In this document: piece after piece, positions 38,920 to 49,143 of the stretch
Layout of the letters: each line of letters begins with the position of its first letter
How positions within the stretch are numbered: position 1 is the stretch's first letter
Source: an uncultured Bacteroides sp.
GTDB lineage: Bacteria; Bacillota; Clostridia; Christensenellales; CAG-917
Length of the DNA: 64,000 nucleotides
NCBI GenBank assembly: GCA_964499325.1
Contig: CAZCKS010000001.1
Span: 5,627 to 69,626, forward strand
Reading direction: 5' to 3'
Made by a program: the position numbers and the translations under genes
Notes under the pieces: generated by a model
What the model was told of the DNA's origin: nothing
The model's database searches: none
What the model saw: only the letters and a program-made list of their open reading frames with translations

Positions 38920-40263
38920 ATGGCAGTACATCTTGATGAACATTTTACATACAAAAAGATACTAAAGGCGGTGATAGCCCCCGTCTTTATGATGGTGTTC
39001 ACCTCAATTTACAGTATTGTTGACGGCATATTCGTGTCCAATTTCGTGGAAAACGGCAAGACGGCTTTTGCGGCGTTGAACCTCATCTCGCCCGTGATTA
39101 TGATTATCGGCGCGCTTGGTTTTATGATGGGTTCTGGCGGTTCCGCGCTTGTTGGTAAAACGCTTGGCGAGGGCGACAAGGAAAAAGCGAACAAGATTTT
39201 TTCGGGCATTGTATATTCCACCGTCGTGCTGGGCGTTGTGGTTACGCTGTGCGTGATTTTCTTTATCGAGCCGATTTCAAAACTTCTCGGCGCAACGGGT
39301 GAAAACGAGGCTTTGCTCCCTTATTGCGTGACTTATGGCACCATCATTATCGCTGCCGAGGTTGCGTTTATGTTGCAAAACCTCTTTCAAACATTCTTTA
39401 TTGTTGCGGAAAAACCCGGCATCGGATTTTTGGTGACGGCAATCGCAGGCGTGACAAATATGATTTTCGACGCAGTGTTTATTGTTGGGTGCAATATGGG
39501 ACTAGCGGGTGCGGCGTATGCAACCGTAATGGGACAAGTTGTCGGCGCTGTGATACCTATCATATATTTTGCGCGTCGTAACTCTGGCATTTTGCATCTC
39601 GGCAAGGCAACCTTCTCACCCAAAATGTTGTTTAAGACAGTCACTAACGGTTCGAGCGAACTTTTGAGTAACGTGGCGTCGTCTGTTGTCGGAATGGTGT
39701 ACAATGCACAACTTTTGAAATTTGCTGGAGAAAACGGAGTGTCGGCATACGGTGTAATAATGTATGTAAGTTTCATTTTTGCGGCAATATTCCTTGGATA
39801 TGCTGTGGGCACATCGCCAATAATCAGTTATAACTACGGTGCACAAAATCATGAAGAAATGAAGAATATGCGCAAGAAAAGCGTGCTTATAAACGTCATT
39901 GTAGGTGTGGTTATGACAGTGCTTGCTGTTGCGCTTGCGAGACCGCTGTCAAGCATATTTGTTGGCAAAGACGCAGAACTTTTGGATATGACAACGCACG
40001 CAATGCGCATATACTCAATATCATTCTTGTTTATGGGCTTCAATATATTTACATCCTCTTTCTTCACTGCCCTCAATAACGGATTGATTTCTGCAATCGT
40101 ATCATTTGCAAGAACGCTTATCTTCCAAATCGGCGCAGTGCTGTTGTTACCTCTTGCGGTAGGTATAGAGGGGATATGGTCTGCAATTATAGTGGCAGAA
40201 GGGCTTGCCGCGGTTATGGATGTTATATTTCTTATTGTATATCGTAAAAAATACAATTATTGA
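38920..40263 (+). CDS. MATE-family efflux transporter
   Basis: 447 aa, about 12 TM segments, with typical N-terminal IAPVFMMVFTSIYSIVDGIFVS. Confidence 0.85.
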   Translation: MAVHLDEHFTYKKILKAVIAPVFMMVFTSIYSIVDGIFVSNFVENGKTAFAALNLISPVIMIIGALGFMMGSGGSALVGKTLGEGDKEKANKIFSGIVYSTVVLGVVVTLCVIFFIEPISKLLGATGENEALLPYCVTYGTIIIAAEVAFMLQNLFQTFFIVAEKPGIGFLVTAIAGVTNMIFDAVFIVGCNMGLAGAAYATVMGQVVGAVIPIIYFARRNSGILHLGKATFSPKMLFKTVTNGSSELLSNVASSVVGMVYNAQLLKFAGENGVSAYGVIMYVSFIFAAIFLGYAVGTSPIISYNYGAQNHEEMKNMRKKSVLINVIVGVVMTVLAVALARPLSSIFVGKDAELLDMTTHAMRIYSISFLFMGFNIFTSSFFTALNNGLISAIVSFARTLIFQIGAVLLLPLAVGIEGIWSAIIVAEGLAAVMDVIFLIVYRKKYNY

Positions 40264-40323
40264 TAACACAACGGGAGTGCTAAATGTAGTGCTTAAGTAA
40301 AGTTAAAATAGCGATATAATAAC

Positions 40324-40351
40324 AAAAAGCGACGTTTATGCGTCGCTTTTT
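40324..40351. terminator. Bidirectional intrinsic terminator
   Basis: aaaaagcgacg tttatg cgtcgcttttt. Confidence 0.8.
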
Positions 40352-40401
40352 GCATGTTTAACATTGTTTTATTAATTGTTAGATGGTTGACTAATTGCTG
40401 A

Positions 40402-42282
40402 TTACCATTTTCCTCCGCCGCCAAAGCCACCGCCGGGACCGCCACCCGGTCTACCCATCGAGGCTGAAGAGCCTACCGAAGTTATAATGCTCGATATTGT
40501 AAATGTCTCAAGTGCGGTGCCGTTGCCATAGATGGTATACTCTTTGCCCTTTTCAAAAGACGCAAGGCTTATGATTGTCGATTGGCAAACCTTTTGCGTT
40601 GTTACACTGAACAATTCGTTGCCGTTTTCATCCTTTATTTGGATTGTACTACCGCTTGCAACCTTTGTACTTTGAGCATAGGATAGGACATATTGCGTTG
40701 AGTTGGTAGATGGCGTTTCCACCATTCCTAAAGTGGATGAGGAAAACACCGTTCCGCCTTGGATGATGATACCTGAGTCGGCATCGAGTGCGGCGTCGTG
40801 TCCGCTTGTGGGACCATGTACGATAACGGTACCGCCTGTGATGAGAATGCTTCCGTTGGAATCCAATCCGTCGCCGTCTGCGTTGACGGTGATGTTTCCG
40901 CCACTTATCGAGATATATTCTTTAATTGTTCTATCGTCGCTTGCGGCATTAACGCCGTCGTCGGACGCAACAACGTTTATCGTACCACCGCTTATTGTGA
41001 CATAAGCGCCTTCGATACCCTCATAACTTGATTGAATATCTATTGTGCCCCCGTTTATTTGAGTGATGTTATCGCTTGTGATACCGTCATCGAGGGTGTT
41101 GATCGTAACATTGCCATCAAATATCGCAACGTCTCCGCTGTTGGTGTGAATTGCGTCGTCTGTTGAGGTTATAGTTATTGTGCAGTTACCGTTGATTGAG
41201 ATAAGATAATCGCCGTCTGTCACGGTTATTTCGTTTTCGTTATCGTCGGTATAATCAATCTCACCCGCCTTAATGCCTTTGCAACTTTGACGCAGTGCAT
41301 AGCGAGAAGAGAGCGACGAGCGGTCGTCACTTGCGATTTTCTTGTATGTGCTACCCGATTTGATGTATCTGAAATCGTCAGAGACAAGGTCGTATGTGGC
41401 GAGATTGGAAGCGGAATATGATATAAACTCACCTTGCGTGGTTATGTTGATATTGCCACCCTTAATATACACCAAGGTATCTGCTTGTATGCCGTCGCCT
41501 TGCACGGTGCAAGTATAGGACGTGTTGTAAAGAGCGACAAATCCCTCGCTGTAATTTTTAGGGAACGTTGTCGTATCGTCGTCACACTCTGCATTGATAC
41601 CGTCCTTTGTGGCAGAAGTGACGTTGATTGTTGCATTTTGTGCTTCAACAGATTGTGCGCTTATGCCGTGATTGGCACTGCTTATTTGCAAGTTTACGTC
41701 AACAATAGAAAGTGCCTTTGTTACTTTTATACCACTTTTGCTTGTGCTTGCGATATTTATAGTGCCCTTACCGTTTATGTTAAGCGTGCCTTTGATGTGG
41801 ATTGCGTTGCCGTCCGTTGAGTTGCTTATGGTGTTTTGAGTGCCGTCAATTGCCGTTATCGTGACGATTGCGTTCTTATTTGTGGCAACGGCTACACCCT
41901 CTGCGTTGGATATTGCAGCGTTGTTTAAGAAGATGTGAACTTCGCTCTTTGAGGCAGTAATTTGTATGCCTTTTGTGTATGTTCCGCTCAACACATAGTC
42001 TCCGCCATTGGAAATTTCCAAAAGAGTATCGCTACCAGTATAAGAGGTTGCGCCTTGCGAAGAGGTGTCGTTTTTCAAGTCGCCCAAGTCTGAAAATGAG
42101 AAAGAGTCGTCGTCGACGGGCGGTATCTCGTCGGGTAGTGTGCCCACTCCGCCTCCACCGAGATTGTCGCCTGGATTTTTAAAAGGGTTATCTTCTTGCT
42201 CAGTCGGATTGCATGCAACCAAAACGGTGCATGTTATCACCAAGAGAACTGCAACGATTATTGTAAGCGCATTTCGTTTCAT
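40402..42282 (-). CDS. Lipoprotein with parallel beta-helix-type repeats and a Gly-rich C-terminus (Cthe_2159-like carbohydrate-binding family by recollection)
   Basis: Signal ends in LVAC. Many I.I.GG.(I/V).(I/V)...DG(I/L) turns. C-terminus GRPGGGPGGGFGGGGKW. Confidence 0.55.
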   Translation of the reverse strand: MKRNALTIIVAVLLVITCTVLVACNPTEQEDNPFKNPGDNLGGGGVGTLPDEIPPVDDDSFSFSDLGDLKNDTSSQGATSYTGSDTLLEISNGGDYVLSGTYTKGIQITASKSEVHIFLNNAAISNAEGVAVATNKNAIVTITAIDGTQNTISNSTDGNAIHIKGTLNINGKGTINIASTSKSGIKVTKALSIVDVNLQISSANHGISAQSVEAQNATINVTSATKDGINAECDDDTTTFPKNYSEGFVALYNTSYTCTVQGDGIQADTLVYIKGGNINITTQGEFISYSASNLATYDLVSDDFRYIKSGSTYKKIASDDRSSLSSRYALRQSCKGIKAGEIDYTDDNENEITVTDGDYLISINGNCTITITSTDDAIHTNSGDVAIFDGNVTINTLDDGITSDNITQINGGTIDIQSSYEGIEGAYVTISGGTINVVASDDGVNAASDDRTIKEYISISGGNITVNADGDGLDSNGSILITGGTVIVHGPTSGHDAALDADSGIIIQGGTVFSSSTLGMVETPSTNSTQYVLSYAQSTKVASGSTIQIKDENGNELFSVTTQKVCQSTIISLASFEKGKEYTIYGNGTALETFTISSIITSVGSSASMGRPGGGPGGGFGGGGKW

Positions 42283-42671
42283 AATAATGGCTCTCCATAT
42301 TTAGATTATATATATTATATAGTTAAACCATAAAAGAAACATTAAAATCTGTCAAAATGTATAATAAATTTTATTGCTATTTTTTAGTATAATACTGTGA
42401 AAAACCCCGTATATAATAAAAAACTCCCTATAAATGGGGGGGGAACGGAGCATCGCACAAAGGCAATACCCCGTTCTTTAGGAGAAGCAATAAAGATATA
42501 AGGTTATCTTGTGCCTTTACTATAGTGCTCATTTGTTAAACCAAAATGAAAAAACTACAAATATTTGCAAATATTTTATAAAAATATCGACAGGTTTAAA
42601 AGCCTGCCGATATTCAAAAACGGTGTTTTATCTTATTGGTTTGCGTCTTAAAACGTTGCGTTGTGATATTT

Positions 42672-43814
42672 TTATAAAAGAAGCGTTTTATCTTCGCCCA
42701 TTCCCATCATTCCGTCAAGCACATATTTATTGCCATCTTCGTCTCTCAAATATCCCTCAAGTTCGCCAAAAGCAACATAATAATCTATGTTTACGACTAC
42801 CGCATGAGTTATCATCGGGTTCATGTTGTATACCTTAAATTTGAGATTGACCATGTCGTGCTCGTCCTTAATAATCCACTCGGAATAATCGCAGAAATCT
42901 TTGCTTTCAGGAGATCTCGTAAAGGTTATCGGCGGAAGGATGCTTGTTTTTCCTTCAAACCACAAAATGTTTTCATTGTATTTGTCTTGGTCTATGGATT
43001 GATTTCTCGTAAGGTTGAAGGCAAGCCATTTTTCTTCGCCGTTGACATTGCATTTTCCCATTGTCGTCACCCAGTCATAGTGAGCGCGACGTGGATAATA
43101 TCCGCGGTGGTCGTCAACGATTGCTGTGCTGTCTTCATCTGTGAGCATCTCTTCGCCGTTGATAACAAGCCTACCCTCTGCCTTGAAGAAATCCTTTTGG
43201 CTGTAAAGAGGACGATTTTTGCCAAACGGTATGCTTGCCACGCACGGCAAGGAAAGACGTGTCAGTTTGAAATCATATTCTATTGTTGCCTCTCCATAGT
43301 TTTCTTTTATAGATTTGACAATAGTTTTGTCTTTGCGCCTTACGGTAATGAGGCATTTGCCCTCGTGTTTACCGCTCAAATCGCAACGTCCGTCTTGGAA
43401 ATTATTGACATATTTGACGTGCGAAACGGCAGTCTCGCCCTCTGCAACTGCTCCGTTAATAAGGTTGGGAGCAATGATTGTGTCTTTTGACTTAAGGTTG
43501 GTATCCCAGCAATAAACTTTTTTAGTGCGTTTGTCATAGAAAATGTTTAGCGTCTTGCCGAAAATGCCCATATCGCAAACAACGGCAAGCAATACGCCGT
43601 TTTTCAAATGCACTTCCGTTGCCTCCCAAAGCGTGAGTTTGAGACGATTCATACATTGAGGAGCCTTGGTTGGCTTTTTTAGAGAAACGAGATCCATTTC
43701 CTCAAATTCCTTGTCGAATGTGCCGAATCTGCACATCCCGTTTTCATCCACAATACTCTTTGGCGTAGGCACCGCTCTTCTTGTCTTATCGATATACTTG
43801 CTGTATTCCCCCAT
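42672..43814 (-). CDS. Hypothetical cytoplasmic protein (possibly DUF2804-like)
   Basis: 380-aa clean ORF with a terminator hairpin (atatcggcaggc/cctgtcgatat) downstream. The family guess rests on weak pattern memory only. Confidence 0.35.
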   Translation of the reverse strand: MGEYSKYIDKTRRAVPTPKSIVDENGMCRFGTFDKEFEEMDLVSLKKPTKAPQCMNRLKLTLWEATEVHLKNGVLLAVVCDMGIFGKTLNIFYDKRTKKVYCWDTNLKSKDTIIAPNLINGAVAEGETAVSHVKYVNNFQDGRCDLSGKHEGKCLITVRRKDKTIVKSIKENYGEATIEYDFKLTRLSLPCVASIPFGKNRPLYSQKDFFKAEGRLVINGEEMLTDEDSTAIVDDHRGYYPRRAHYDWVTTMGKCNVNGEEKWLAFNLTRNQSIDQDKYNENILWFEGKTSILPPITFTRSPESKDFCDYSEWIIKDEHDMVNLKFKVYNMNPMITHAVVVNIDYYVAFGELEGYLRDEDGNKYVLDGMMGMGEDKTLLL

Positions 43815-44010
43815 ACTTTGCTCCTTTGTATTTATTATATTTCCGATTGATGAAAATATCTAAAAATATGGTAACTTGATTTTTGTCACTTGTCAATATC
43901 AAATGTTCAAACTGCGTTGAAGAGACGGCATTATATATACTATACAAAACCTCGCATGAAAAAAGTCGCTATTGCGACCTTTTTCCATTGTTAGTATAAC
44001 AAAATTTGTT

Positions 44011-44229
44011 TTACGTTTCCACTAAATCATAAAACTTGTACTGTGGATGATTGCGCATCTTTCGCTGTGCCCAATCTATAGCAGTAGCCTTGCGCTCCAC
44101 ACTCAAACCATATTCCCTTTCAAGAATATCAATTATATTTTGTTGTGTGAGTATATGATTTTCATCCGAATATTCAAATAATACCTGATATAGTCTAAAC
44201 AACAATGTTTGCTTGTTTTCAAACCCCAT
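44011..44229 (-). CDS. 72-aa stand-alone winged-HTH protein resembling the N-terminal DNA-binding domain of WYL-type regulators (WYL domain absent)
   Basis: LFRLYQVLFEYSDENHILTQQNIIDILEREYGLSVERKA fits the L..L.e.sDe.HpLt..eI...Le.yGi.veRK pattern. RBS ggggga upstream and a terminator downstream. Confidence 0.5.
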   Translation of the reverse strand: MGFENKQTLLFRLYQVLFEYSDENHILTQQNIIDILEREYGLSVERKATAIDWAQRKMRNHPQYKFYDLVET

Positions 44230-44280
44230 AATTATTCCCCCGTTTTGTGCAATTCTGTTTTATGGCAGGGATAAAACATG

Positions 44281-44859
44281 TTATCTTTTCCTTATTTTTG
44301 AAATTGTCTCCCATTCTCTGCCATCACTAAACATGTCGGCGGAGTATACCCTATGAATTACATTTTCTTGTTCGGCATCAAATAAATATTCGTGATATGA
44401 TTTTATAGGCTTTCCCGATTGCAACGGTTGAACAATATCATACGATTCAACAAATTTAGACAATCTGCCCGCATTGTAATCAATAAATCCTGTAATACAT
44501 ACTTCTTTTCTGTTTACATCGTACCACACTATTTCTATATGATGTTCATAATAGTAATAGAAAATCAAATTGAGCAATTTCTCCTGATCGCCATATCTTT
44601 CCGTAAGGCGCAAGCGGCCCTTTTCATCAAAATAGTATGAAAAATGTTTTCTTTTTTCATTTGTGGTAAGTTTTCCCTTATAATCGAAATATTTGCTTAT
44701 TTCCATGTCTGGCAAAAAACATCCATACAAATCAATCCCTTTACTCATAACTTTTTGAGGGCATGATGAAACAATTTCTTCATATTCGTCCACACAATTT
44801 CGATGATTTTGTGCGATTGCAAGCAATCTTGAACAAGTTTCTTCATCATATCTTGTCAT
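44281..44859 (-). CDS. Hypothetical protein, 192 aa, no recognisable family
   Basis: RBS aggagag upstream. Cytoplasmic, Tyr/Glu-rich. Forms an operon with the 72-aa HTH gene. Confidence 0.7.
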   Translation of the reverse strand: MTRYDEETCSRLLAIAQNHRNCVDEYEEIVSSCPQKVMSKGIDLYGCFLPDMEISKYFDYKGKLTTNEKRKHFSYYFDEKGRLRLTERYGDQEKLLNLIFYYYYEHHIEIVWYDVNRKEVCITGFIDYNAGRLSKFVESYDIVQPLQSGKPIKSYHEYLFDAEQENVIHRVYSADMFSDGREWETISKIRKR

Positions 44860-44920
44860 ATTAATCTCTCCTAATAATTACATTACAACGATGATGTGTC
44901 CATCCCCCCATATTTTTAGA

Positions 44921-46336
44921 TTATTCATTTATCCATTTTGCATACAGGTCGATATCGCCATGGATTCCCGCCTCGCGCATCGTTATCGGATCGCCCGTGA
45001 AATCAGGATTATCATACCAACCGTCAAACGCAGATTCATCTTTTATCGGTGACGCATACTCATAAGCTTCGCTCTCCACCGTATATTCGGCATGTTTTTC
45101 GTTGGTATAATCGTTTATCCCTCCGTTCAAATGATATGTAACCGTATAAACTATCGGGATCCAACACGCATATACCGTCACATCACCAATCTCGCCAACG
45201 GCTATATTCTCTTCCACTGGCGAATCAAACACCGCATCGGTATACCAGCCACCAAACTCATAATAATCTCTGCTCGGCTCTTTAAACGCATATCCGTCTT
45301 GCATCGTATACTGCTCGCATTCAATCTCGTCACCGCCATTTACCTCATACGTAACGGTATATTTTGTCAAGGTGTACACTGCGGTTATGCTCATATCATC
45401 CGTAATGCAAGTAAGGTCTTCCTCGCTCCACTTTCCGTCATATCCGCGCTTGGGTGTAACGGCAGGAATATCTTTAGCGTCTTTGCCATGCGCTACCTTT
45501 ATCTCGGTACTAATAGTCCCGTCATTGAAAACAAGAGTATACAACTTTTCCTTTATCGTTAACACTGCGCTAATGGAAGAAATTTGTTCGTAATTATTGC
45601 CCGTATCAAATGTTGCCGTAACCGTATGTTTTCCAGCATCTATCTGATTATTTCCATCATACGATACTGTCACGCCATTCGGCAACGGAGTGCTTATGTA
45701 TATGCTATGTTCTTTTCCGTCCCAATCAACGGAACAGTCTTCAAACACTATATTCCCGACACTTGCTTTTTGTATGGTTAATGTGGCGGTTAATTCAAGA
45801 GATTTATACCCGTCTTTGCAAATCATTGCGCTCACGACATATTCTCCGGCAGCCACTTTGTCTCCACCTTCATAACTAACCGTGGCCCCGCTTGGTATAC
45901 CACTTGCCTCTATGGTGTGTGCGTTTCCGTCATAAGTCACTGTCTTGTCTGCAAATATAACGCCTTCAATCTCGGCAAGTTCTGCCCATTTGGCATACAA
46001 CACCAAACTCTCCGACGGCATACTATCAAAAGTAAATTCGCTTTTAATCTCACATTCGATATCTTCGCACCAATACAAGAACACATGACCGTCTTTTGTC
46101 GGCGCAGGAACCTCTTGTCCAACGCTCCACTTTACGTTTTCTTCTCCATTATTTAGCACCAACAGCACGTCCGATGTCGGTTGCATAGGATCATTTTCAT
46201 CACAAGCGGAAAGCATAAGCGCAATAAACATAATCATAAGAACTAAAAACAACACCTTATGCATAAGAGTTTTGTGCATGTTTTTACGCACATTATTGCC
46301 GTTACACACATCTTTTGTATACATATATTCACTCAT
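44921..46336 (-). CDS. Surface lipoprotein with Listeria-Bacteroides repeats (Flg_new) and MBG-type domains
   Basis: Signal ends in LSAC. Repeats end in LYAKW, VYACW and LYAKW with a G(W)Y.D motif. TVTYDGNAHTI...GEYVV-type MBG units are present. Confidence 0.7.
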   Translation of the reverse strand: MSEYMYTKDVCNGNNVRKNMHKTLMHKVLFLVLMIMFIALMLSACDENDPMQPTSDVLLVLNNGEENVKWSVGQEVPAPTKDGHVFLYWCEDIECEIKSEFTFDSMPSESLVLYAKWAELAEIEGVIFADKTVTYDGNAHTIEASGIPSGATVSYEGGDKVAAGEYVVSAMICKDGYKSLELTATLTIQKASVGNIVFEDCSVDWDGKEHSIYISTPLPNGVTVSYDGNNQIDAGKHTVTATFDTGNNYEQISSISAVLTIKEKLYTLVFNDGTISTEIKVAHGKDAKDIPAVTPKRGYDGKWSEEDLTCITDDMSITAVYTLTKYTVTYEVNGGDEIECEQYTMQDGYAFKEPSRDYYEFGGWYTDAVFDSPVEENIAVGEIGDVTVYACWIPIVYTVTYHLNGGINDYTNEKHAEYTVESEAYEYASPIKDESAFDGWYDNPDFTGDPITMREAGIHGDIDLYAKWINE

Positions 46337-47500
46337 AATTTTCCTTTGTAATTAACAAATCGATTATACTATGTGCGCCCAAAGGCGTCAAGATATTTGT
46401 AAAGAGCACAAACGGGGAGAAGATGTTTTTACTATTTATACAGAAAAAGTTGCATTTTATTTCAACTGTTTGAAAATATTGTTCCTAAAGCCAACAAAAC
46501 CGTTAAAGAGTGGAATAAAACACCCTTCCGCCCGACAGTGCATTTGCCCCGGCTGTTAAGTATTACACATACGGGCCACGATGCGACCCTTATATTGGTT
46601 ATTTATGTAGTCAATGAATAAACGGGTATCTCAAAGCCAATTCATCGGCAATACGGATTGTCAATTATGCCGTCCTTATACGTCTTGTGGATGAGGACAA
46701 TCATTAAATGAAGAATTTACATTGAGCAAAACTATTATAAATAGAATAAAAAGAGGTTGTAACGTGCGGAAGTCATTAACTCCACCTACTAACCTCTTGC
46801 AACAACGTTGCGTGTTAATATTATTATTTTTGTCTTGATATGTCAATCAAAAATGTGCGAAACAGAATTATGCGTTTTGGGAAGAAGATTCCCCCAATAT
46901 CACAATTTTCAAATATAAATCGCAAAAAAAATAAGTAAGCATATCTTTGGCACAAAGCCAAAACCGTCACTTACTTATCGTTGGATTTCTCCAACGATTG
47001 CAGTATACGCGCAAGTTGGGTTTGCTGTCAAGCAAAAACACAATACAGTGGAATATGTATAAATCTGCGATGAAAATTTATCCATAAGGATAAAAATCGA
47101 ATAAAAAAGGAATGAGTTTCGCAAGAGGAATCCATCCAATTAAGGAATTATCTCATTTCTATGGTTATTATAAGCACAAAACAGAGGCTTTTAAGTCAAA
47201 CAATTTATTAAAAGAGAGATGAAGTGATAATAAATAAGAAAAAGGTAACGACGTGCCAATTACTCAAATTTCATCAGCCCGATTTCAAACGAAATCGTCG
47301 TTACTATTAGATATTGTATGTAAAACAAAGCGTAAAGTCAATAAAAATTTGACAGATAAAACTCTTGATACTCTTTTTTCCTGTTGGTTAATGTGCGATG
47401 TCCTCATTATTCTCTATATAGTATAACATATTAATGCTATTTTCGCAATGGCAAACAAAAAACCTAAACCAAACTTTATGGGTTCGATTTAGGTTTTGAA

Positions 47501-47592
47501 TGGCGGAGAAGCAGGGATTTGAACCCTGGCTACGATTCACTCGTACTACTCCCTTAGCAGGGGAGCCCCTTCGGCCTCTTGGGTACTTCTCC
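47501..47592 (-). tRNA. tRNA-Ser (anticodon GCU), CCA encoded
   Basis: Acceptor GGAGAAG/CTTCTCC, anticodon loop CTGCTAA, long variable arm, T-arm CAGGGTTCAAATCCCTG. A terminator hairpin lies downstream at 47461-47497. Confidence 0.9.
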
Positions 47593-47721
47593 AAAAATGC
47601 GAACTGTGTTGAGACATTGTGTTCTTCTATCAGCCTGCATATAATATCACAACATTAATTGAGTTGTCAATAATTTTAATTTGATTGCGTTGGCAAACTT
47701 AAATTGGGATGGGTTTATTAC

Positions 47722-49143
47722 TCAACCATACCATTTAAGATAACACCATACTCAAACAAGTATTATGATTACAAGTATTACGTTTGCGTTTGACTACCAT
47801 TTAAGATAACACCATACTCAAACAGTTGCCTTGTCGATTTTTCCTTGACTATCGTTTGACTACCATTTAAGATAACACCATACTCAAACAGAGTATTCAA
47901 CCAAAAAAAGCAAGGCAAAGTTTGACTACCATTTAAGATAACACCATACTCAAACGATGATATGTTGTCTTGACGATAAAGTTGGTTTGACTACCATTTA
48001 AGATAACACCATACTCAAACTAGTTATCGTTGTTCGATCCGCCGATTATTGTTTGACTACCATTTAAGATAACACCATACTCAAACTTAAAATTAACTGT
48101 TTTAGGCACGATCGGAGTTTGACTACCATTTAAGATAACACCATACTCAAACGCTACATATAGCGCACAGTACAAGTCATAAGTTTGACTACCATTTAAG
48201 ATAACACCATACTCAAACATAAGGAAAGCATCATTCCAAGATGATTGGGTTTGACTACCATTTAAGATAACACCATACTCAAACTTTCTTATTGATTTTT
48301 GCCGTTGCGTTTGTGTTTGACTACCATTTAAGATAACACCATACTCAAACTAGTTATCGTTGTTCGATCCGCCGATTATTGTTTGACTACCATTTAAGAT
48401 AACACCATACTCAAACATAAGGAAAGCATCATTCCAAGATGATTGGGTTTGACTACCATTTAAGATAACACCATACTCAAACTTTCTTATTGATTTTTGC
48501 CGTTGCGTTTGTGTTTGACTACCATTTAAGATAACACCATACTCAAACGCCGTCCGTATTTCTTCGAGTAGATAATCGGTTTGACTACCATTTAAGATAA
48601 CACCATACTCAAACATTTCTTCTATAATGTCAAACGGCGCAACGGTTTGACTACCATTTAAGATAACACCATACTCAAACGTTGCAAGCGCGGTTTCGCC
48701 GTTCAAGTCAGTTTGACTACCATTTAAGATAACACCATACTCAAACTCAAGTATTGTTAAAATTTCCGTTTTGCCTGTTTGACTACCATTTAAGATAACA
48801 CCATACTCAAACCCGACATAAGCCGACGTGCCTATATAAAATGTTTGACTACCATTTAAGATAACACCATACTCAAACTTGCGCATACGCTACAAAAACG
48901 GCTATTGCGTTTGACTACCATTTAAGATAACACCATACTCAAACTACCCGCCAATGTCTTTTGGCACGAAATCTAGTTTGACTACCATTTAAGATAACAC
49001 CATACTCAAACATGAAGAAAAAGCGACGAAACACGGCAAGGGTTTGACTACCATTTAAGATAACACCATACTCAAACGCAACGGGGTATTATTATGTAAT
49101 AATAGGCGTTTGACTACCATTTAAGATAACACCATACTCAAAC
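47722..49143 (-). CRISPR. Type II-A CRISPR array: 22 x 36-bp repeats, 21 spacers (29-31 bp, 18 unique)
   Basis: Plus-strand repeat is gtttgactaccatttaagataacaccatactcaaac, so the crRNA sense is GTTTGAGTATGGTGTTATCTTAAATGGTAGTCAAAC. Every unit was located by hand. The repeat at 47722-47757 is degenerate in its outer 7 nt, making it the trailer end. The leader side abuts csn2. Confidence 0.97.

Noticed and set aside
42283-42671. Hairpin-rich 390-bp region upstream of the beta-helix lipoprotein gene (e.g. gaacgg...ccgttc, G7/C-runs, T-run on the minus strand)
   Set aside because: The stems are short (6 bp or less) with large loops. Part of the region is the terminator of 42672..43814 (atatcggcaggc/cctgtcgatat). 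I could not support a specific RNA element.
48020-48886. ORFs 48020..48220 (-) and 48350..48886 (-) with reiterated FEYGVILNGSQT peptides
   Set aside because: They are translations of the CRISPR repeats, with spacers supplying the variable residues, not genes.
47722-49143. Self-targeting of CRISPR spacers within this window
   Set aside because: I recognised no match between any spacer and the rest of the window, but an exhaustive by-eye search is not reliable. This should be treated as untested rather than negative.
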